A DNA stretch of 64,000 bases, taken from a virus. Positions 27,268-36,975 of the stretch are shown piece after piece; the stretch's first letter is position 1; each line of letters begins with the position of its first letter. A program made the translations under genes and the position numbers. The DNA lies in IMG/VR virus record IMGVR_UViG_3300024259_000016, positions 50,060 to 114,059 of that record; one strand, 5' to 3'. The notes beneath the pieces were generated by a model. The model made no database searches, was not told the origin of the DNA, and was given only the letters and a program-made list of their open reading frames with translations.

Positions 27268-27829
27268 ACTTTCCAAGATGGAGCAGGGCAAGCGGCTTCT
27301 TACCTCCATGCACGGACAACGGCAGATGTATGAAGCCCGAGAGCGGGAAATGCTCCGGCGGGCTGTCATTGATATTGGAGTCCCCCCAGTCGTTCGTGAA
27401 CTAGTGGCCTGCAATGCCGACAAGGGTCCTCTGATCATGACGACGATTGCGAAAACTGTCCGTCGGGCCATGGAAGACCCCAGGACACGGCCCCTGTTTC
27501 CAACCGATGCAGCTTTCAAGGATCGTCTGGAGATCGTGTACGACTGTCTAACCCGTATTTGCGGGGACGGACATGCCCCAATCAAGCTCGCTGCGGACCG
27601 TCTATGGGACATGGTTCTGGCACGGATGGCGGGAGGTGGGCACCCAGACGACATCGCTGAGCAGCAGGTCACCACGAAGGGGGGGGCAGACATCACAGGA
27701 GATGAAGTCACCGACGGTACGTTGGCTCGGGCTTGGGGGAAGAGTGAAGGGGAGGGGGTAGGTATCGCCCGACTGGGGGCCAAGGACATGGTTGACTTTC
27801 GTGACCAGCCGTCTGGACAGGAGGAGTAG
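27260..27829 (+). CDS. Hypothetical head-module protein
   Basis: GGAGG SD; overlaps the portal stop. Confidence 0.7.
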   Translation: MSKLSKMEQGKRLLTSMHGQRQMYEAREREMLRRAVIDIGVPPVVRELVACNADKGPLIMTTIAKTVRRAMEDPRTRPLFPTDAAFKDRLEIVYDCLTRICGDGHAPIKLAADRLWDMVLARMAGGGHPDDIAEQQVTTKGGADITGDEVTDGTLARAWGKSEGEGVGIARLGAKDMVDFRDQPSGQEE

Positions 27830-29218
27830 ATGCCGCTGTTTCCGAAAGCTGAAGCTGTAGATCCCTATGAGGACCGAGAGGACGTAATCTGTCGGGCAGC
27901 CTGGGTTGTAGCCGAGGCCATCAGCGAAGGCCTTCGTGAGGGGCCCGGTCGGGACCCTTCTGGCTGGGCTGCGTCCAACCGGGACAGGATTCTTGGGGCG
28001 TATCGCGAACTTCATGCCATGTTTGGTCGGGCCTCCAATCTCGCCGACCGAGTGATTGCAGCGGAGAAGGCCTTCGTTATGGCTTTGGACCTTCTCAAGG
28101 TCAAGACTCGCTACAACGACAAGTTGTCCGAGGCCGCGGGGATCGGGGTTGCAGAGGGATGGGGGGACGACCTTGCCCCGAATGAGGCTGCACAGGCGTG
28201 CATAGAGGCGCGCGCCCTGGCCCCAGACTGCATCATGATCAGTCCAGGGGACCTGGAACTGGCTGCCCGCATTGGCTCTGAAGGAGGCCAGCCTGAGCCG
28301 GTTCAGGTCCATACGACAACCGCAGCCTCCGGGATCGTAGGGACCTCCATGCTTCAGGCCTTGCTCCCGCCCGGGCTGGTGAGTCCTGTCCCCCTGCTAC
28401 CTGGAGCGGGAGATGTACGGGGCATTGAGGACATCCCCTCGATGGTTGCTGGCCTACCTGTCTACGACCTAGCCCTGGTGCGCGAGGGGCTGCTGCAGCA
28501 GTCCGGAATCGGGTCTTGGGATGTTCAAAGGTATCGGGCGGGCAAGGCTGTTCCACAGGTTTCCTTTCTGAACTACAAGCCCGGGCAGACGGTGGCCGGC
28601 GCCAAAGAGGCGGGGCTGCAGCCGGTGGAGTTCACGGTCCCGTTCGAGGTGGTGGGTTGTGGGGCTGGTGCCCTGGCGACAGATGCTGAAAGTCGTGCCC
28701 GGGTGGAGCAAGTCCTGCAACGGTTCTCTGGGATGAAGAAGGCCGGGGACAAGCACGATCCTCGGGGGACCATCCCCTTCGACATGGACGGGGACTTCCC
28801 CCTCCACCAGATCGTGACCGGTGAGGTCCTCAAGCCGGACACCCCTGATCGGAGCACTTCGTATGATGAGGTGACCGGGGAGAAGCTGTCCGACCATGAC
28901 ATCTACGATGACCCGACGATTCTGTTGTCGATGTTCTGGTGGATGGCCAACGCCAAGAGCCGTGTGACCTTTCTGCACACCGAGGATGGTGGCAAGGATG
29001 TCTCGGTGGATGTTCCTGTTCTGGCATGTTGGCAGCAGAGTCCCGATCGGACTTATGTTCGGGACGACAAGTCGGAGAAGATTGTCAAAGCGGGCACCTG
29101 GATGCTCACTGTCTGGGTCAAGTCCAAGCCTATCTGGAAGCTGATCCTGGACAAGAAGATCAAGGGTTTCTCGATCGGCTACATCGCCATGGGGCGCATC
29201 GAACAAGCAGCTGCCTGA
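27830..29218 (+). CDS. Prohead protease, XkdF-like C-terminal domain with long N-terminal extension
   Basis: IVTGEVLKPD, DHDIYD, GTWMLTV, IWKLI...KGFSIG. Confidence 0.8.
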   Translation: MPLFPKAEAVDPYEDREDVICRAAWVVAEAISEGLREGPGRDPSGWAASNRDRILGAYRELHAMFGRASNLADRVIAAEKAFVMALDLLKVKTRYNDKLSEAAGIGVAEGWGDDLAPNEAAQACIEARALAPDCIMISPGDLELAARIGSEGGQPEPVQVHTTTAASGIVGTSMLQALLPPGLVSPVPLLPGAGDVRGIEDIPSMVAGLPVYDLALVREGLLQQSGIGSWDVQRYRAGKAVPQVSFLNYKPGQTVAGAKEAGLQPVEFTVPFEVVGCGAGALATDAESRARVEQVLQRFSGMKKAGDKHDPRGTIPFDMDGDFPLHQIVTGEVLKPDTPDRSTSYDEVTGEKLSDHDIYDDPTILLSMFWWMANAKSRVTFLHTEDGGKDVSVDVPVLACWQQSPDRTYVRDDKSEKIVKAGTWMLTVWVKSKPIWKLILDKKIKGFSIGYIAMGRIEQAAA

Positions 29219-29315
29219 TCTGCTGGACTGAGCCAGTCTGACGCATCTGTGCCAGATTGTGCCAGATGGGGGTTGCCAAGTGTAGGGTGATGGGGCATTC
29301 TGCGGATCAAAGCCT

Positions 29316-30503
29316 ATGCCCCGTGTATCCTTCATAATGGGTCTCAAAGAAAGACTCCGCCGCCTGTTCTGGATTCGTTCCTACGAAGTGGCGATGGTCC
29401 CGGATGCCGCCAATGCCGAAGAAGAAGGTGAATTCTTCGTTGAGGCAATCAAGCGCGCCGGGACTGGGGGGGACCAGGACATGCCCCATCCCGACCTGAT
29501 GATCCGCTTGGGCCAGGCCCTGCTCGCTGCGGGACGTGGAGTCAAGGGATTCCAAGCCGGACAGGTAGGGGATGGGATCGAGGGCCTGGACGGAATGAGC
29601 AAGGTTGTAGAACAAGCTCTGGTCCAGGCCGGAGAGATCCTCGACGAAATGTTGGGGGCTAAAGAGGACGGCCAGGCGCAGGTCCTGCAGGTCAAAGACC
29701 TGATCGAGGGCCTCAAGACGCAGGCCATGATGGTCCAGGGACAGGCCCCGGCCACAAGTAAAGCCATGATCGAAGGCTGCGATACCTTGTATGATACCCT
29801 GGGGCTCGACGATACTGACGAGACACCTGGAAAGAAAGATAAAGGAGACGAGCCCATGAAGAAGGGAACCATCAAGATCGTGGCCAAGGGTGAAAAGGCC
29901 CTGGCTGGCAAGCTGAGCTTCGACGGCACCGAGCTGGAGGTCCAGATCGCTGAGGGTGCCAAGGAGTTCATCCTGCAGGACATCGAGCCGGGCGACCACA
30001 AGGTGGAGCTGGTGGACGGTGAGACCAAGATGGCCGCCGACGTGAAGGTCGAAGAGGGTGTCGAGGCGATCGTTGAGGTCGGCGAAGAGCCCGGGACCAA
30101 GACCGACAGCGACAAGCTGGACGAGCTGCTGGGTCTGGCCAAGACCCAGGGCGAGCGCCTGGATGTCCTCGAGGCCGACGTCAAGAAGATCAAGGAGCCC
30201 AAGGCTGAGGAAGGGGCTGGCGCCGGGGGTGTGGAGACCATCAAGGTTGACGACGTCAAGAAGATGATTCAGGAGACGGTGGGAGAGATCATGGAGACTG
30301 CCGGCAAGAAGTCCGCCGCGGTTCAGATGGTGTCTGTGCCGGCCACCATCCCGGTCATCGAGGACAAGAAGGGCGCTGAGGGCGGCGAGGGTGATGACGC
30401 CACCAAGGAGATCGAGGGGAAGAAGAACTCCTCGGCCCACGACCACAACCTCAGCAACAGCCCCCGCCTGAAAGCGATCCGCGAACAGGGCGGCGTCCTG
30501 TAA
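29316..30503 (+). CDS. Capsid scaffold-like acidic protein (start may be 29337)
   Basis: Acidic and helical; between protease and capsid genes; N-terminal YEVAMVPDAAN. Confidence 0.7.
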   Translation: MPRVSFIMGLKERLRRLFWIRSYEVAMVPDAANAEEEGEFFVEAIKRAGTGGDQDMPHPDLMIRLGQALLAAGRGVKGFQAGQVGDGIEGLDGMSKVVEQALVQAGEILDEMLGAKEDGQAQVLQVKDLIEGLKTQAMMVQGQAPATSKAMIEGCDTLYDTLGLDDTDETPGKKDKGDEPMKKGTIKIVAKGEKALAGKLSFDGTELEVQIAEGAKEFILQDIEPGDHKVELVDGETKMAADVKVEEGVEAIVEVGEEPGTKTDSDKLDELLGLAKTQGERLDVLEADVKKIKEPKAEEGAGAGGVETIKVDDVKKMIQETVGEIMETAGKKSAAVQMVSVPATIPVIEDKKGAEGGEGDDATKEIEGKKNSSAHDHNLSNSPRLKAIREQGGVL

Positions 30504-30592
30504 CGAAGAGCCCCCTCCGGTTTTACTACTGCCCGGGGGGTTGAACGGAATCATCAGTCGGCCGGTCTGACGGCCAAAAGGAGAGAACCAAT

Positions 30593-31543
30593 ATGGCTGT
30601 CATCGAAGGCACTGACCAGCGGCCGGTCTACGCCAAGAAGGCCGACGTGGAGATTGCTCAGTTCGCCGCGGGTGGCGAGCTGGTGCGTGAGCAGGTGCGC
30701 GACTACTTCCTGGTGGCCATCGCCGGCCAGGCAATGATGGAGAAGGTGCGTAACGTCATCATGCCTCGGGACCAGGTCGAATACCCGATCATGAAGCCGT
30801 TCGGCGAGGATGTGTGGCATCCCGTCGCCGAGTACCAGTCCCTGGCTGAGGGTCAGCGCGTGCGCCCGACCTTCGACCAGACCATCTTCACCGCCAAGGA
30901 GATCATGTGCGAGGTGCGTTACCCCAAGCACGCGCTCCAGGTGCAGGTGGAAGAGGGCCGGTTCAAGGACACCCTGCTGACCTACCTGGGTCTGCACACC
31001 AAGGGCGGCTGGGAGAACCTGATCATCCAGGGCGACACCGCCGCGGGCGCCACTCCGTTCCTCCGTATGTTCAACGGGATGATCGCTGGCGTGACGAGCT
31101 ACTCGTTCGATGCGCTGGGTGCCACGCTGGGCAGTTCCCTGCTCCGTACGGCCCGCTTCACGCGGCCCGTCCAGTACCGCGTGGAGGACAAACAGAATCT
31201 CGGCGTGTTCTGCACCGAGGAGACTCAGGACGGCTACGACGAGGAGCTGCGCAACCGGAACACCGAGCAGTCTGACGCCCGCCTGATCAACGGCGAGTCG
31301 TACCCGGCCTTCAAGAACCGGCCGGTCATCGATGTCCCCCGCTGGCCCAGCGCCGGTGGCCAGTGTGACGCGCTGGACTGCAACCCGGGCCGCTTCGTGT
31401 TCGGGCTCCGTGAGGCCATCGGCGTGGAGACCGAGTGGGACCCCCGCCAGCGTTCCCTGTCGGTCATCATGAATGCCTGGATCAGCGAGGGCTGGATCTT
31501 CGAGGAGATGGAGGTCAAGATCGAGAACCTGGCCAGCACGTAA
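30593..31543 (+). CDS. Major capsid protein
   Basis: 316 aa, strongest codon bias; GGELVREQ...F, ENLIIQGDT...FNG; position after scaffold. Confidence 0.88.
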   Translation: MAVIEGTDQRPVYAKKADVEIAQFAAGGELVREQVRDYFLVAIAGQAMMEKVRNVIMPRDQVEYPIMKPFGEDVWHPVAEYQSLAEGQRVRPTFDQTIFTAKEIMCEVRYPKHALQVQVEEGRFKDTLLTYLGLHTKGGWENLIIQGDTAAGATPFLRMFNGMIAGVTSYSFDALGATLGSSLLRTARFTRPVQYRVEDKQNLGVFCTEETQDGYDEELRNRNTEQSDARLINGESYPAFKNRPVIDVPRWPSAGGQCDALDCNPGRFVFGLREAIGVETEWDPRQRSLSVIMNAWISEGWIFEEMEVKIENLAST

Positions 31544-31621
31544 GCCGGGAACTCTGCGCCTGACTGAAACTAACGCTTGAACTGACCTCCTCCCAGAAGG
31601 GGGGAGGTCCTGGAGGACATC

Positions 31622-31963
31622 ATGGCTATCACCCTCACTGCCCTGGTTGGCAACAACCAGAAGTTCGGTAAGGCGCCGAGCGGCGTCTGCACCCGGTTCA
31701 CCCTGAAGCTCGACAACTCCTACGTGGCCGGCGGATATGCCGCCATCGTGGCCACCTTCATCAAGGGCGTGGCGAGCTACGAGGGGATCACCGTCACCCA
31801 CATCGAGGACCTGCTCGTCAATTTCGGCGGCGCCTGGTACATCCTGCACTGGGATCGTGCCAACGACAAGCTGCAGCTCATCGTGGCGGCCACCGGTGTC
31901 GAGGTTGCGGGCGGCGCGGCCATCGGCAGTCCGACTGTGGAGCTCGCGGTCCACCACTACTAA
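31622..31963 (+). CDS. Putative head decoration/cement protein
   Basis: GGAGG SD; biased codons; DNSYVAGGY motif; follows the capsid gene. Confidence 0.6.
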   Translation: MAITLTALVGNNQKFGKAPSGVCTRFTLKLDNSYVAGGYAAIVATFIKGVASYEGITVTHIEDLLVNFGGAWYILHWDRANDKLQLIVAATGVEVAGGAAIGSPTVELAVHHY

Positions 31964-31968
31964 GACCT

Positions 31969-31991
31969 CAGGGCCCTGTGCCCTGGATTTT
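31969..31991 (+). terminator. Possible terminator after capsid/decoration genes
   Basis: CAGGGC/GCCCTG stem then GATTTT. Confidence 0.4.
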
Positions 31992-32066
31992 CCAGTAGCC
32001 TCCCTCTTGCCATAGCAAGTTTCAGGGGTTATCCTCTCCAGGCATACAAACTGCTTGAGGATGCCC

Positions 32067-33263
32067 ATGGCCACCAAAAAGAAGAAAGGCGCTCCGCCCC
32101 CTCCCCCGCCACCTCCGAGTCCAGCTCCGTCCCCGGACCTTTTGTCCGCGGTCGAACCTCCCCCCATCGTGCAAGAGGAAGCAGAAGTTGTCCCTCCCCC
32201 GGAGGTCGCTGCCAAATCTGTTGATGATCTGGTGATCACGGATGAGGACGAGGATGCTGGGAAAGCCCCCGAGGGAAAGGGCGAGGTTGCCACCCCGGAG
32301 GTTGCCACCCGGGTCATCTCGGAGCCAAGTCCCCAGCATGAGGCGGAGCTGGCCCCTACCCCGGCACCTGTGGACCCGATGCTCCAGAGGATGATGGAGA
32401 TGATGGAGCAGCAGATGGCCGACAATGCGGACCTGCGCGCAGAATTGCAGGGCCTCAAAAATCAGGTTGCCACGGTCCCGGGGGCCTCGGCGCCGGCCGA
32501 GATCCGCAACATCGACCTGCGGCCGAAGACCTATGATGAGGTTGACCGGGAGCCCGAGCCGCCCGGTGGATACTTCGCCCGGGTCAAGTGCTACGACGAG
32601 TCGATCGGGCACAAGCTGAAGGGGACGAGCATCCTGCTGCCCAATGGGAAGTGGGCGCGACTTCAGGGAGGTACGGGACTGCCCGGGGACATCCCGGACT
32701 GGGCGGGCCCCATGGGCAAGAACGAGGCCTTGGCCTTCGCCAGAGCACGACAGAACGGGAGGAATCCGATGTCCCCGATGGCCTGCGACGTGGTGACCTT
32801 GGAGCAGAAGCGGGAGATCGATGCCAGGGAGAGCACCCAGCGTCAGTCCATGAGCGGGATGGGGGGCATGTACCAGGGTGATACCCAGGGTCTCGGTGTT
32901 GGGGGCAGCGCGGTTCACCCTCAGACCCAGGTGCTGGTGCGTGGCGGTGACAAGGGGACGGTGTCAGCCACAGCCGCGGCTGACCTTGGTATGGCATCAT
33001 TGGCCCGGGGTGGGGCCATGGCACCGGCCAGCGCCCAGAACCGGTTTGGTCTTGACGGTCCCGCCCAGCAGCTGGCTGGGAACGTCGTGGACCAGGTTCC
33101 CGCGGGTGGGGGAAACAAGCCTATTGAGCTGGAGCGGGTCGGTACCCCCTCGGCGTCCAGGCAGCGTCAGTCCGAGACCATGATTGCGGCCATCCACAAT
33201 GATCTCGGTGGAGAGCTCCCCGGTGGCGCGGCCAACATGCAACCAGGCCACCGCCGTCCGTAG
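32067..33263 (+). CDS. Pro/Glu-rich, largely disordered hypothetical protein
   Basis: Eight-proline run, acidic N-half, short coiled coil. Confidence 0.7.
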   Translation: MATKKKKGAPPPPPPPPSPAPSPDLLSAVEPPPIVQEEAEVVPPPEVAAKSVDDLVITDEDEDAGKAPEGKGEVATPEVATRVISEPSPQHEAELAPTPAPVDPMLQRMMEMMEQQMADNADLRAELQGLKNQVATVPGASAPAEIRNIDLRPKTYDEVDREPEPPGGYFARVKCYDESIGHKLKGTSILLPNGKWARLQGGTGLPGDIPDWAGPMGKNEALAFARARQNGRNPMSPMACDVVTLEQKREIDARESTQRQSMSGMGGMYQGDTQGLGVGGSAVHPQTQVLVRGGDKGTVSATAAADLGMASLARGGAMAPASAQNRFGLDGPAQQLAGNVVDQVPAGGGNKPIELERVGTPSASRQRQSETMIAAIHNDLGGELPGGAANMQPGHRRP

Positions 33264-33267
33264 GTAG

Positions 33268-33296
33268 TTGACCCTCCTGTTCTGTCCTCTTATACT
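33268..33296 (+). promoter_or_regulatory. Sigma70-like promoter
   Basis: TTGACC-17-TATACT. Confidence 0.75.
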
Positions 33297-33302
33297 CTAA
33301 TT

Positions 33303-33380
33303 TCGGTAGGACTTGTTTGGCATCAGGTCTTGTCCCCCTTTCGGGCCCCCGGCGTCCAGTGGCGCTGGGGGTTTTCTTTT
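33303..33380 (+). ncRNA. Candidate ~80-nt structured small RNA or attenuator leader
   Basis: Promoter upstream; hairpin TAGGACTTG/CAGGTCTTG; ends in a terminator. Confidence 0.45.
33345..33380 (+). terminator. Rho-independent terminator
   Basis: GCCCCCGGCGTC/GGCGCTGGGGGT stem then TTTCTTTT. Confidence 0.8.
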
Positions 33381-33406
33381 GGGTGGGGGCAGGCAATAAT
33401 AGAGTC

Positions 33407-34534
33407 ATGCGCGGACTGACCCAGGGTGAGCAGAGTTCGGCCAGCTGGCCGGTGTTGCAGTTCTTCTGCCGGCAGGGGGGCAAGCTGGCCGATCCGGTGT
33501 TGGCCTCCTTCACGATCGAGGATATCCGATCCGATGGGGTAGCACCTGCCACGTTGGTTGGGCCCACTATCTTGGGAGCTGGAGACAAGCTGGGGACCGG
33601 ACGGTACGCCTTGGCAACAGGGGCAACTGCTGTTTGGTCTCTGGGGACCCATCGGGTCGTGGTGACCTACAAGTTGGCCGCGGCTGGGCCTGACATCAAG
33701 CAGGTCATCGAGTTTGAGATTCTGGATGAAGTGGACTGGGCGCATGGAGGCGGTGAGTACATAGGATACCTGTCGACTCGTCAGGCCTATCGGGATGACC
33801 ACGCCGCGGCCGGCGACACCACGGCAATGCTCCACCGAGAGATTTGTCAGGCATCAAAGCAGATCGAGTTCTGGACGGCCCGGTGTTTCCACCCGGAGTA
33901 CCGCTCCGTGTATGTGGGAGGAAACGGGACTGAATGGCTGCTGCCGAACGAGCCCATTATCTGCATCGAACAGATTGCCTGGACCCACCGGGATTCCGAC
34001 GATGCCGAGGTCGAAGAGGTTGTGCAGGACTCGAGTTACGAGTGCAAAGCCATGACCCATCTGGACGGGGAGCGGGGCCGGGACGGACGCATCTTCGTTG
34101 GGATCGAATTGATGGACTCCTGGCGCAGTAGTAATGTAAGAGCGAGTGCCTCAACCGTCTGGTCCGACCCATCGAGAGCCTACAAGATCACGGGAGTGTT
34201 CGGTTACACCGATGGAATCTGGATGCCCGGGGAGCACCTGACGGGGATGGGGGAGACGCCGAGGGACCTGGCCCGGGTGGTTGGCGCCATGGTGTATCGG
34301 GCGCTCGAGGACGCCAACCTGCAGGCCCCCTTTGGCGGAGGGATCGGTGGCGTCTCGATGATCAAGACCCGGGACCAGACCATCAAGTGGGGCGCCTCGG
34401 CCGACGGTGTGGCTGGCTTCGGGGGGGTATTCACCGGAGACTCCGAGTTGGACCGGATCATTCACAGGTACGTAGCGCCAACCCGGATTACTGTTGCTGG
34501 TCGGGCAAGGGATTGGAGTGGAGGGACCTTCTGA
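33407..34534 (+). CDS. Putative head-tail adaptor with N-terminal beta domain
   Basis: GYLS...ASKQIEFWTARCF...TGVFGY...P.DL pattern; position in module. Confidence 0.65.
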   Translation: MRGLTQGEQSSASWPVLQFFCRQGGKLADPVLASFTIEDIRSDGVAPATLVGPTILGAGDKLGTGRYALATGATAVWSLGTHRVVVTYKLAAAGPDIKQVIEFEILDEVDWAHGGGEYIGYLSTRQAYRDDHAAAGDTTAMLHREICQASKQIEFWTARCFHPEYRSVYVGGNGTEWLLPNEPIICIEQIAWTHRDSDDAEVEEVVQDSSYECKAMTHLDGERGRDGRIFVGIELMDSWRSSNVRASASTVWSDPSRAYKITGVFGYTDGIWMPGEHLTGMGETPRDLARVVGAMVYRALEDANLQAPFGGGIGGVSMIKTRDQTIKWGASADGVAGFGGVFTGDSELDRIIHRYVAPTRITVAGRARDWSGGTF

Positions 34535-35070
34535 TGGGCCTGGAATACAACGTCTCTGCTCCGCTGATCAATCCTATATGGGTGAGAATTGAGCGGCTTG
34601 ACCATGCAGCGACCCACGCCAAGGATCCGCCGGGATCGCAGGGCTCGGCCGGGTACAACTATACTCGGGAAGAGCCCGTTGTGAGCTATGCAGCCGGAGT
34701 GGCCGATGGCGAACCGGAGTATATGACCGCGGTGGATGTCTCCGCCCAGATGGAGTACGAATCCTTCGAGCGAATTCGGGCTGTATTCGGTGGGGATGCC
34801 CCTGTCACGAAGCAGGGCTTCGTATTACACCGCCGGCTGTTGCGGCGCCAAGGGCTCATCGACGTGGCGACCGGCCAGTGCCTGTTGAAGAATCGAGACA
34901 AGATCACGGGCATCTATCGGGGTAGGTCACGGCGGCCGGTCTCCATCGACTTCGCCCTGCCTCTGTACATCTACGAGGTGAGAGGGCCTGGTTCTCCTGG
35001 CCTCGGCCGAGACGGCTACGATCTGCATATCATCTATACGTCTGAAAAAGACGTAGCGATCGGAGCGTAA
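34534..35070 (+). CDS. Putative head closure/neck protein
   Basis: TGATG coupling; size and position. Confidence 0.55.
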   Translation: MGLEYNVSAPLINPIWVRIERLDHAATHAKDPPGSQGSAGYNYTREEPVVSYAAGVADGEPEYMTAVDVSAQMEYESFERIRAVFGGDAPVTKQGFVLHRRLLRRQGLIDVATGQCLLKNRDKITGIYRGRSRRPVSIDFALPLYIYEVRGPGSPGLGRDGYDLHIIYTSEKDVAIGA

Positions 35071-35074
35071 TCTC

Positions 35075-35881
35075 ATGGCCGGGCGACGAAGGAATTGGGG
35101 TGGGGCAGGGCAGGTTTCCCTGGGCCAGATGGCTCAGTACCTCAACTCTTTGGTGGACCGAGGGAACATGAACTTGGCGGCCGGGGTTGTTGTCCCCCCT
35201 CTAGTCCAACAGGGTGCCAAACAGGTTGAAGAGCGTTATGACCAGATGGGGAGCGACGTCGACCAAAGCTCGATGAGCTCGATGATAGCCATGGCGGGCA
35301 AGCTCGTCGGGGAAGCACGCCCGGCCAAGCCGCCCCATACGCCCGGCGAGACTTACCGTCGGCTGGCTGAACATGTCACTGTCAGGTTTGGGGGAACAGG
35401 TAAGGGACCAAGCAGGACGGTTTTCTCTGCAGCCATGGGTATTTTCCCAGGAGGGCATGCCCCTGATCCCAGTCCAAAGTGGCCGAGAGGGACCCCTCTT
35501 GAGGTTGTCGATGGGGGGCTGAATCGGCCCGCCTGGACGATGAGCTATCGGGAGACGAAGCGATCTGTGGCCTACTCGATCATGGTCCGAGAGATGCGTG
35601 CGGGGCCCGGCTCAAGCTCTCGCTATCAAGGAAGGCCCCGCGGGGGGCGATTGCCGGATGGGCCTGCCTCTGGTGGGAGGATTATTATCACCCAGATGGG
35701 GGGCAAGATGGTCTGGCGTGATGAAGCTTGGCCTGTAACCGTCGGCGGCATCTTCGCTCTGGAGCAGGAGGGGAAAGGTGTGATCGGGAATTTGTCACGG
35801 ATCGCTGCCGCCCGCAGTGGTATCCGGGGGCGGGCAATCCGTGGAGCGAAGCCCACGGGCGTCCGCCTGATGAGGAGGTAG
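35075..35881 (+). CDS. Basic neck/tail-completion-region protein
   Basis: Arg/Gly-rich; position. Confidence 0.55.
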   Translation: MAGRRRNWGGAGQVSLGQMAQYLNSLVDRGNMNLAAGVVVPPLVQQGAKQVEERYDQMGSDVDQSSMSSMIAMAGKLVGEARPAKPPHTPGETYRRLAEHVTVRFGGTGKGPSRTVFSAAMGIFPGGHAPDPSPKWPRGTPLEVVDGGLNRPAWTMSYRETKRSVAYSIMVREMRAGPGSSSRYQGRPRGGRLPDGPASGGRIIITQMGGKMVWRDEAWPVTVGGIFALEQEGKGVIGNLSRIAAARSGIRGRAIRGAKPTGVRLMRR

Positions 35882-35884
35882 CAT

Positions 35885-36898
35885 ATGGCTGTCCCGACCA
35901 TTACAGGTATCTCCCCCTCCACAGGACCTGCTGAGGGGGGCCTAATTGTCACGATCACTGGTACCGACTTCGCCATCCATGCAGTCCCGGATGTCCATCC
36001 GGCCGAGGATGTAGCCCCCGGTGTCACTGTCACCTTCGGGGGATGGGCAGTGGACTGGGTTCAGGTTCGCTCTGCGACCCAAATAGTCTGTAAGCTTGGC
36101 CCATACCATGGCCCTGTTCGAAGCGGGATCCCACCGGTAGTGCTCGATGTTTATCCCGCCGTGGATGTAGTAGTCCAAAATCTGGATGTGACCGGGACGC
36201 CGGTGGTCGGGGAGGTTGCAACAGCTGCATCAGGTTTTACTTACCGACGGCGGGACCTTGGCCCCTCGACTGAGCAAGACCGACCACGGGGGGTACGGGC
36301 GAAATTCACCGATGCAGTACTCGATGAGCTCCGCCGACGAGTCTGTAAGAATATCTCAATGGGGAGGAGCTCTGAATATGCCGAGGGCTCTGAGGCTACT
36401 GTAAAGCTGGCCGGCTTGCCTGGGGTTGGGTGTGTGTTCAAGTGGGTACCTGATCCTGATTATGTCCAACTCACTGCGGGGTACGAAGAAGTTGAGGATC
36501 CGTCCGACTCGACAGTGGTTCATTCTTTTAAGGGGCTGCGGGTCAAAAGGTTGGAGGCTACACTCCTGCTGGGGGCCAACTCCTCTACTGAAATGGATGA
36601 GCTGTGCGAGCTGCTCGAAGATATGATTGAGGATCAGGAGGCTTTGGTTGTCGATGCGAACCCGACCCTCTACCCCGGTCTGCAGGACGACTACAACTGG
36701 CACTTCGGGCCAGGTGGGGAACCCACCCCCAATCAGCGGGGAGCAGACCTGGATGCTTGTAGTGGTCGGGCGGTCATCTGGGTCCGAGGGATCTTGATGA
36801 TGAGCGAGCACTCGGATGCCGATGACAAACGCATTCTGACCATTGAGCAGCAGTGGGCAAATATGGATGGGGAGACATACGATACAGAGCTTGTCTGA
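35885..36898 (+). CDS. IPT/TIG (Ig-like) domain protein fused to a putative tail-terminator domain
   Basis: PTITGISPSTGPAEGGLIVTITGTDF...FTY; immediately upstream of the sheath module. Confidence 0.75.
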   Translation: MAVPTITGISPSTGPAEGGLIVTITGTDFAIHAVPDVHPAEDVAPGVTVTFGGWAVDWVQVRSATQIVCKLGPYHGPVRSGIPPVVLDVYPAVDVVVQNLDVTGTPVVGEVATAASGFTYRRRDLGPSTEQDRPRGVRAKFTDAVLDELRRRVCKNISMGRSSEYAEGSEATVKLAGLPGVGCVFKWVPDPDYVQLTAGYEEVEDPSDSTVVHSFKGLRVKRLEATLLLGANSSTEMDELCELLEDMIEDQEALVVDANPTLYPGLQDDYNWHFGPGGEPTPNQRGADLDACSGRAVIWVRGILMMSEHSDADDKRILTIEQQWANMDGETYDTELV

Positions 36899-36901
36899 GA
36901 G

Positions 36902-36917
36902 GTGGCACAGGTGGCAC
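36902..36917. promoter_or_regulatory. GTGGCAC-AG-GTGGCAC tandem operator-like boxes
   Basis: Exact direct repeat with 9-bp period, intergenic, upstream of TTGCCC...TAGCAT. Confidence 0.55.
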
Positions 36918-36975
36918 AGTATGGCCCGTTTTGGCCCTTGCCCTGCCGATTTTGCTGAGGTAGCATGGACCTATT

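Noticed and set aside
25534-29347. Antisense ORFs of 341, 373, 236 and 292 aa
   Set aside because: Opposite portal and protease genes that carry clear motifs
29307-32458. Long antisense ORFs 29307..30554 (415 aa) and 30554..32458 (634 aa)
   Set aside because: Shadow frames opposite strongly GC3-biased scaffold and capsid genes; no motifs or SD
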